Below, piece after piece: positions 34,462-39,924 of a stretch of DNA of 39,924 nt. The DNA is taken from positions 1 to 39,924 of the forward strand of contig CAZNWR010000002.1 in assembly GCA_964576645.1 (NCBI GenBank), written 5' to 3'. The translations under genes were made by a program, and so were the position numbers. The notes beneath the pieces are model-generated. The model did no database searches and was not told the DNA's origin. It saw only the letters and a list, made by a program, of their open reading frames with translations. This DNA is from an uncultured Enterobacteriaceae bacterium. GTDB taxonomy: Bacteria; Pseudomonadota; Gammaproteobacteria; Eutrophobiales; Eutrophobiaceae. Within the stretch, counting starts at the first letter, position 1, and each line of letters begins with the position of its first letter.

Positions 34462-35427
34462 ATGGAACCGGAACGACTCAGCCTGAAGATCCGGCCGGAA
34501 TGGGACGGCAGGCGATTGGACCAGGCCCTGGCTGCTCTCTGCCCGCAGCATTCCCGGGCGCGGCTCCAAAGTTGGATCCGCGCGGGACAGGTTACGGTGA
34601 ACGGACAGGCTCGGCGGCCTCGCGACCCGGTCAGGGCCGGCGACCTGGTATCCCTGGAAGCAGTACCCTACCCGGTTAAAACGCCGGCCCGGCCCGAGCC
34701 ACTGCCGCTGAATGTCGTCCACGAGGACGCCGCGATATTGGTGATCAACAAGCAAGCGGGCATGGTCATGCATCCCGGGGCCGGCAACCCGGAGCACACA
34801 CTGATGAACGCCTTGCTGCACCACTCATCACAACTGCGGCACGTCCCCCGGGCCGGCATAGTACACCGGCTGGACAAGGACACTTCGGGACTGCTGGTTG
34901 TTGCGAAAACGCCGGAAGCGCACACGTTCCTGGTTTCTGAACTTAAAGCGCGGCGAATAACCCGGGAATACAGGACAATCGTCAGCGGCGTACTGACGGC
35001 GGGAGGCACGGTCGATGCGTCCCTGCGCCGCCACGCGCGCGACAGGACGAAGATGGCCGTGGACGATTCCGGGCGCAAAGCGGTGACCCATTATCGCGTG
35101 CTGAAGCGCTTTCACGCCCACACTTACCTGCGTGTCATGCTGGATACCGGCCGCACACACCAGATCCGGGTACACATGGCCCACATTGGACACCCGGTGC
35201 TCGGGGACCCGGTCTACGGGCGGCGTCGCCACCTGTCCGCCGGCGCCGGCGAGACCTTGCGCGCCGTACTCACGGCATTCAAACGGCAGGCCCTGCACGC
35301 TTTCATGCTGGCCCTGACTCATCCGGTCAGCGGTGACGCTGTACGCTGGGAGGCACCGCTTCCAGAAGACATGAGTCAATTGCTGGAGGCACTGAAAGAA
35401 AGTGAAAAGTTAAAAGGTAAAAGGTAA
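34462..35427 (+). CDS. rluD: 23S rRNA pseudouridine synthase RluD
   Basis: 321 aa. An S4 domain is followed by GIVHRLDKDTSGLLVVAKT and the HQIRVH motif. Confidence 0.9.
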   Translation: MEPERLSLKIRPEWDGRRLDQALAALCPQHSRARLQSWIRAGQVTVNGQARRPRDPVRAGDLVSLEAVPYPVKTPARPEPLPLNVVHEDAAILVINKQAGMVMHPGAGNPEHTLMNALLHHSSQLRHVPRAGIVHRLDKDTSGLLVVAKTPEAHTFLVSELKARRITREYRTIVSGVLTAGGTVDASLRRHARDRTKMAVDDSGRKAVTHYRVLKRFHAHTYLRVMLDTGRTHQIRVHMAHIGHPVLGDPVYGRRRHLSAGAGETLRAVLTAFKRQALHAFMLALTHPVSGDAVRWEAPLPEDMSQLLEALKESEKLKGKR

Positions 35428-35475
35428 AAGGGCTAAGGAAGTATCTTTCACCTTTACCTTTTAACTTTTCACTTT
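35399..35475. repeat. AT-rich long palindrome (23-bp perfect arms, extendable to about 31 bp), copy 2
   Basis: AAAGTGAAAAGTTAAAAGGTAAA (35399-35421) is the exact reverse complement of 35453-35475. The left arm lies inside the last 9 codons of rluD. Confidence 0.75.
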
Positions 35476-35486
35476 TACCTTCCAGT

Positions 35487-36242
35487 ATGCCCAACACCCC
35501 GGACACATCGTGCTGGATTGACGCCGACTGGCCCGCCCCGGCGAATATCCACGCCGGCGTCACCACGCGGCTGGGGGGGTGCAGCCGGACCCCGTTCGAC
35601 TCATTCAACCTGGCGGCCCACGTGGGCGACGACCCGAACGCAGTCGAGCGCAACCGCGCCGCACTGCGCCGCCGCCTGAGCCTGCCCGCGGAACCGCACT
35701 GGCTGCAGCAGGTGCACGGCACTGCGATCCGGGATGCATCGGAAACCGGGAGTCCGTGCGCGGACGCCACCTGGGCTGACCGTCCGGGAGAAGTGTGCGC
35801 GGTGCTGACCGCCGATTGTGTTCCGATTCTGCTGTGTAACCGGTCCGGCACGGAAATCGCCGCCGTCCACGCCGGCTGGCGTGGATTGAGCGGCGGCATA
35901 ATCGCGAAAGCGGCCGCCCGCTTTCGGGCCGAACCAGGCATGTTGCTTGCCTGGCTGGGGCCCCATATCGGCCCCGCTCATTATCGGGTGGGGGACGACG
36001 TAAGAAACGCCTGCCTCACTGCCAGTGCCGCGGCGTCCGCCGGATTTACCGACGCCGGCGCCGACCACTGGTTCGCGGACCTCGGTTACCTGGTTCGCTC
36101 GGCACTGGCCGAATGTGGCGTAACCGCTTGTTTTGCCAGCCCTCATTGCTGTTTCAGCCGCGACGAGCTGTATTACTCCTATCGGCGCGATCGGGTTACC
36201 GGCCGCATGGCCAGCCTTATCTGGATGGAAGGGCGTTCATAA
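35487..36242 (+). CDS. pgeF: YfiH/PgeF family (peptidoglycan editing factor / laccase-domain protein)
   Basis: 251 aa. CADATWADRPGEVCAVLTADCVPILL ... AAVHAGWRG. It lies downstream of rluD, as in E. coli. Confidence 0.85.
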   Translation: MPNTPDTSCWIDADWPAPANIHAGVTTRLGGCSRTPFDSFNLAAHVGDDPNAVERNRAALRRRLSLPAEPHWLQQVHGTAIRDASETGSPCADATWADRPGEVCAVLTADCVPILLCNRSGTEIAAVHAGWRGLSGGIIAKAAARFRAEPGMLLAWLGPHIGPAHYRVGDDVRNACLTASAAASAGFTDAGADHWFADLGYLVRSALAECGVTACFASPHCCFSRDELYYSYRRDRVTGRMASLIWMEGRS

Positions 36243-36260
36243 GAAGATTAATCTAATATG

Positions 36261-36429
36261 GCTGTTCCGAAACGTGATACACACGGTTAGGGGCGTTACG
36301 GTATCCGGGTGACGGACATGCTGTGAAGACTTCCCTGTACGCTCGATCGCCGCGTCCCTGCGGCCCACGGCCCATTACCCGGATACCGCCGCGACACCGT
36401 TTGTTTCAGAATTCCGAACACCTATCTGG
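36261..36429. repeat. Dispersed structured intergenic repeat, copy B
   Basis: Homologous to 10261-10428. The 12-bp stem 36301-36312 / 36375-36386 carries compensatory substitutions relative to copy A. Confidence 0.6.
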
Positions 36430-36527
36430 ATGCTTCAGATGGCCGGCGGCTAGTTTAATTGGCGCCGGATTGCACTTGGGTCATCGTCCGGAACGGATAT
36501 GACCGGGGATCCACGGGGGAGATCACA

Positions 36528-37961
36528 ATGCCGAACAAACAAAACAAGCACCACAAGCACCTTTCCTTCAGCCAGAGCGTCGACCGAATGGCTGACCGCG
36601 CGCTGGAGGTGCTGGACATGGATCCGGGGGTAGCAAACGCCATCAAGGCCTGTGAATCGATCATCCAGGTGAACTTTCCCGTCAGCCTGGAAGGCAAAAT
36701 ACACGTATTTACCGGCTGGCGGGCGGTTCACAGCACACACCGGCTGCCGGCCAAGGGCGGTATCCGTTACGCGCCCATAGTCAACCAGGACGAGGTCACG
36801 GCACTGGCGGCGCTGATGACCTACAAGTGCGCCATCGTCGACGTGCCTTTCGGCGGCTCCAAGGGCGGGCTGCTGATCGAGCCGTCCAAACATTCCCGCG
36901 AACACATGCAAATCATTACCAGGCGCTTTGCACGGGAGCTGATCCGCAAGGACTTCCTGAGTCCGTCCACCAACGTGCCGGCGCCGGACATGGGCACCGG
37001 CGAGCGGGAAATGGCCTGGATCGCCGACACCTTCAAGCAACTGCACCCGGAAAACATGAACTACGCCGCCTGCGTGACGGGCAAACCGATTCACCACGGC
37101 GGCATACGCGGCCGCACCGAGGCCACCGGCCGCGGCGTCGTCTATGTCATGCGTGAGTTTTTCCGGCACGGTCCGGACGTGAAAGCAGCGGGACTGGACG
37201 GCGGCCTGGGCGGCAAGACCATAGTCATCCAGGGACTGGGCAACGTCGGTTACCACGCGGCGAAACTGCTGGATGAGGAAGACGACGCCAAGATCATCGC
37301 CATCGTCGAACGCGACGGCGCGCTGGTGAACCAGGACGGCATCTCCGTCCAGCGCGTGCGCGAATACATCAACTCCCAAAAGACCATACGCGGATTTCCC
37401 GATGCTGAATTCACGGAAAACGGCGCCGGCGTTCTGGAAATGAACTGCGACATACTCATTCCTGCCGCAATGGAAGCCCAGATAACCGCCGAAAACGCTC
37501 CCAGGATCAACTGCAAGCTGATAATCGAGGCAGCCAACGGTCCGGTTACCTATGAGGCCGACGAGATCCTCCGTCAGCGCGGTATAACCATCTTGCCGGA
37601 TGCCTACGTCAATGCCGGTGGCGTTACGGTGTCCTACTTCGAGTGGATACGGAACCTGTCTCACATCAGGTTCGGGCGCATGCAGCGGCGTTACGATGAA
37701 ATGCACGGCCAACACCTTATCAGCGCAATGGAGACTCTGAGCCAGAAGAACGTGCCTGACTGGATGCGCGCTGAAATTATTCATGGCGCCGATGAACTCG
37801 ATCTGGTGCGATCCGGTCTGGACGACACCATGCGCAACGCCTTTCAGGAAATCAGTGAAGTGCGCCATTCCAACGACAAGATCGACGACTATCGTACCGC
37901 CGCCTACGTGGTTGCAATCAATAAGATTGCCCGCTCGTACTTTGATATCGGGGTGTACTAG
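36528..37961 (+). CDS. gdh: Glutamate dehydrogenase (Glu/Leu/Phe/Val dehydrogenase family)
   Basis: 477 aa from ATG 36528 (RBS GGGGGAG upstream). LPAKGGIRYAP and VPFGGSKGG form the catalytic Lys region, and IQGLGNVGYHAA is the Rossmann motif. The ORF-track start at 36459 is less likely. Confidence 0.85.
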   Translation: MPNKQNKHHKHLSFSQSVDRMADRALEVLDMDPGVANAIKACESIIQVNFPVSLEGKIHVFTGWRAVHSTHRLPAKGGIRYAPIVNQDEVTALAALMTYKCAIVDVPFGGSKGGLLIEPSKHSREHMQIITRRFARELIRKDFLSPSTNVPAPDMGTGEREMAWIADTFKQLHPENMNYAACVTGKPIHHGGIRGRTEATGRGVVYVMREFFRHGPDVKAAGLDGGLGGKTIVIQGLGNVGYHAAKLLDEEDDAKIIAIVERDGALVNQDGISVQRVREYINSQKTIRGFPDAEFTENGAGVLEMNCDILIPAAMEAQITAENAPRINCKLIIEAANGPVTYEADEILRQRGITILPDAYVNAGGVTVSYFEWIRNLSHIRFGRMQRRYDEMHGQHLISAMETLSQKNVPDWMRAEIIHGADELDLVRSGLDDTMRNAFQEISEVRHSNDKIDDYRTAAYVVAINKIARSYFDIGVY

Positions 37962-37970
37962 GTAGGCGGT

Positions 37971-37996
37971 GTGCGCGGTGACCGTGCACCGCGCAC
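37971..37996 (+). terminator. GC-rich hairpin downstream of gdh (possible terminator, no U-tract)
   Basis: GTGCGCGGTG-ACCGTG-CACCGCGCAC, a 10-bp perfect stem beginning 10 nt after the stop. Confidence 0.4.
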
Positions 37997-38014
37997 CTTG
38001 CACCATGAACCGAA

Positions 38015-38042
38015 CTTGATCTGTAGCAATTCGCCCCAATGT
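38015..38042 (+). promoter_or_regulatory. Sigma32 (heat-shock) type promoter of clpB
   Basis: CTTGAT-N13-CCCCAATGT, against the consensus CTTGAA-N13-15-CCCCATNT, about 35 nt upstream of the clpB ATG. Confidence 0.55.
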
Positions 38043-38077
38043 TAGGGAAGGCATAATTTGATCCAGGTACTTCATCC

Positions 38078-39924
38078 ATGCGCGCCGACAAACTGACGAC
38101 CAAGTTTCAGCAGGCCCTCTCCGAGGCGCAGAGCCTCGCCCTGGGCCGCGATCACCAGTTCATCGAGCCTGTCCACGTCATGACGGCGATGCTCGACCAG
38201 GAAGACGGCACCGCCCGGCCGTTGCTGGCCGCGGCAGGGGTGAACGGCGCACAACTCCGCTCCAGGCTGGGCGAGGCGCTCGATCGGCTTCCCCAGGTCC
38301 AGGGCACTGCCGGAGAAGTCCACGTATCCAAGGACCTGGAAAGACTTCTGAACCTCACTGACAAGTACGCCCAGCAGCGCCGCGATGATTACATCTCCAG
38401 TGAGCTGTTCACCCTGGCAGCACTGGAAGACAAGGGCGAACTAGGACGCATACTCAAATCCTGCGGCGCCGACCGCGCGCGACTGGAAGCTGCCCTGGAC
38501 AAGCTGCGCGGCGGGCAGAACGTCAACGATCCAAACGCGGAAGAACAACGCCAGGCCCTGGAAAAATATACCATCGATCTCACGGCGCGCGCCGAACAGG
38601 GCAAACTGGATCCGGTCATCGGGCGTGACGAGGAAATCCGCCGTACTATCCAGGTCCTGCAACGCCGCACCAAGAACAATCCGGTACTCATCGGCGAACC
38701 CGGCGTCGGAAAGACCGCCATCGTCGAGGGGCTCGCTCAGCGCATAATCAACGGGGAAGTACCGGATGCACTCAAAGGCAAGCGGCTGCTGGCGCTCGAC
38801 CTGGGAGCGCTGATCGCGGGCGCGAAGTTCCGCGGCGAATTCGAGGAGCGATTGAAGGCCGTTCTCAATGATCTGGCAAAACAGGAAGGTCAGATCATTC
38901 TGTTTATCGACGAGGTTCACACTATGGTTGGCGCCGGCAAGGCAGAGGGCGCCATGGACGCCGGCAACATGCTCAAACCCGCGCTGGCCCGCGGCGAGCT
39001 GCATTGCATCGGCGCCACCACTCTCGATGAATATCGGGAGAACATCGAAAAGGATGCCGCACTGGAGCGCCGCTTTCAGAAAGTGCTGGTGGACGAACCC
39101 AGCGTGGAAGACACCATAGCCATACTACGCGGGCTGAAGGAGCGCTACGAGGTGCATCACAATGTACAGATCACCGACCCGGCAATCGTCGCCGCGGCCA
39201 CTCTTTCGCACCGCTACATTACCGACCGCCAGCTTCCGGACAAGGCAATAGACCTGATCGACGAAGCGGCAAGCCGCATCAGTATTGAGATGGATTCCAA
39301 ACCGGAATCCATGGATCGACTGGAGCGCCGGCTCATCCAGATGAAAATGGAAAGGGAGGCTTTGAAAAAGGAATCCGACGAAGCATCCAGGAAACGGCTG
39401 GAAAAGTTGGAGGAGCAGATCCGCGACGTGGAGAAGGAATACCGTGGATTGGAGGAAATCTGGGTAGGCGAGAAAGCGGCTCTGCAGGGCGGACACGCTG
39501 TCAAGGAACGGCTGGAGCAGGCGCGTCTCGAGTTCGAAACCGCGCGCCGCGCCGGTGACTTGAACCGCATGTCGGAACTTCAGTATGGCACTATCCCGGC
39601 ACTGGAAAAGGAACTCCAGGCGGCGGAGCCCGGTGAACAGCGCAAGCTCACCCTTCTGCGCAACAAGGTGACGGAAAACGAAATTGCGGAAGTCGTTTCC
39701 AAGTGGACCGGAATACCTGTCGCGAAAATGCTGGAAGGCGAGCGGGAAAAACTGCTGCGCATGGAAGAGGCGCTGCATAAGCGGGTGGTGGGCCAGGATG
39801 AGGCGGTTGCCGCGGTGGCCGACTCCATTCGCCGTTCGCGCGCCGGCCTTTCGGATCCCAATCGGCCTAACGGGAGCTTTTTGTTCCTCGGACCCACCGG
39901 CGTCGGCAAGACGGAACTGTGCAA
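38078..39924 (+). CDS. clpB: Chaperone ClpB (3'-truncated by window end)
   Basis: Not in the ORF track because no stop is reached, so I translated it by hand. [44 protein letters not shown]1 Walker [18 protein letters not shown], and NBD2 Walker [16 protein letters not shown] at the window end. I checked the frame at three points. Confidence 0.95.
   Translation, partial: MRADKLTTKFQQALSEAQSLALGRDHQFIEPVHVMTAMLDQEDGTARPLLAAAGVNGAQLRSRLGEALDRLPQVQGTAGEVHVSKDLERLLNLTDKYAQQRRDDYISSELFTLAALEDKGELGRILKSCGADRARLEAALDKLRGGQNVNDPNAEEQRQALEKYTIDLTARAEQGKLDPVIGRDEEIRRTIQVLQRRTKNNPVLIGEPGVGKTAIVEGLAQRIINGEVPDALKGKRLLALDLGALIAGAKFRGEFEERLKAVLNDLAKQEGQIILFIDEVHTMVGAGKAEGAMDAGNMLKPALARGELHCIGATTLDEYRENIEKDAALERRFQKVLVDEPSVEDTIAILRGLKERYEVHHNVQITDPAIVAAATLSHRYITDRQLPDKAIDLIDEAASRISIEMDSKPESMDRLERRLIQMKMEREALKKESDEASRKRLEKLEEQIRDVEKEYRGLEEIWVGEKAALQGGHAVKERLEQARLEFETARRAGDLNRMSELQYGTIPALEKELQAAEPGEQRKLTLLRNKVTENEIAEVVSKWTGIPVAKMLEGEREKLLRMEEALHKRVVGQDEAVAAVADSIRRSRAGLSDPNRPNGSFLFLGPTGVGKTELC

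Noticed and set aside
10261-36261. The two structured-repeat copies start exactly 26000 nt apart
   Set aside because: There is no other periodicity or matching flanks, so I regard this as coincidence.
36450-38075. 541-aa ORF on the minus strand, the longest ORF in this region
   Set aside because: It is exactly antisense to the glutamate dehydrogenase gene, whose product has clear catalytic and Rossmann motifs. The antisense product is a low-complexity Val/Gly/Ala/His-rich sequence with no recognisable motif. This is a typical shadow ORF in GC-rich DNA.
38441-39924. Several 110-217-aa minus-strand ORFs across 38389-39924
   Set aside because: All are antisense to clpB, whose + strand frame I verified at the start and at the NBD1 and NBD2 Walker A sites.

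Overview
GC-rich chromosomal window with gammaproteobacterium-like gene order, almost fully coding. It falls into four blocks. (1) 53-8588, + strand: a glycan-assembly cluster with three GT2 and one GT4-like glycosyltransferases, two sulfotransferase-like genes and a fused TMD-NBD ABC exporter. About nt 2100-8600 is visibly AT-richer than the rest. (2) 8653-10252: the divergent housekeeping pair trmJ / suhB. (3) 10451-29607: galE, then one long minus-strand array. In transcription order it reads: PP0621-like small protein, pilS, pilR, a GT2::GtrA fusion, a DUF2723/TMEM260-like membrane protein, two tandem 608/610-aa polytopic membrane proteins whose central 1609 nt are identical, a second DUF2723 paralogue, a sigma54 promoter, two tandem type IVa pilin genes each with its own intrinsic terminator, a TMTC-like TPR membrane protein, a GtrB/ArnC-architecture GT2 and a GT4. 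(4) 29754-39924: core genes sucCD, nadE, bamD, rluD, yfiH/pgeF, a glutamate dehydrogenase and the 5' two-thirds of clpB. The main candidate for something undescribed is block 3. The pilin genes sit among five candidate lipid-carrier-dependent (GT-C-like) membrane glycosyltransferases and two polyprenyl-phosphate-sugar synthase candidates. No PilO/TfpO/PglL-type O-oligosaccharyltransferase is present, and the array lies directly downstream of pilSR. This suggests a pilin (or periplasmic protein) O-glycosylation system of a new type. Other points: the perfect 1.6-kb tandem repeat with diverged ends, a possible sulfated-glycan pathway, a ~167-nt dispersed structured repeat with compensatory stem changes, and AT-rich long palindromes sharing an AAAGTTAAAAG core. 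I recognised no rRNA, tRNA, CRISPR array, transposase or integrase. All family assignments come from motif recognition by eye and need profile searches to confirm.
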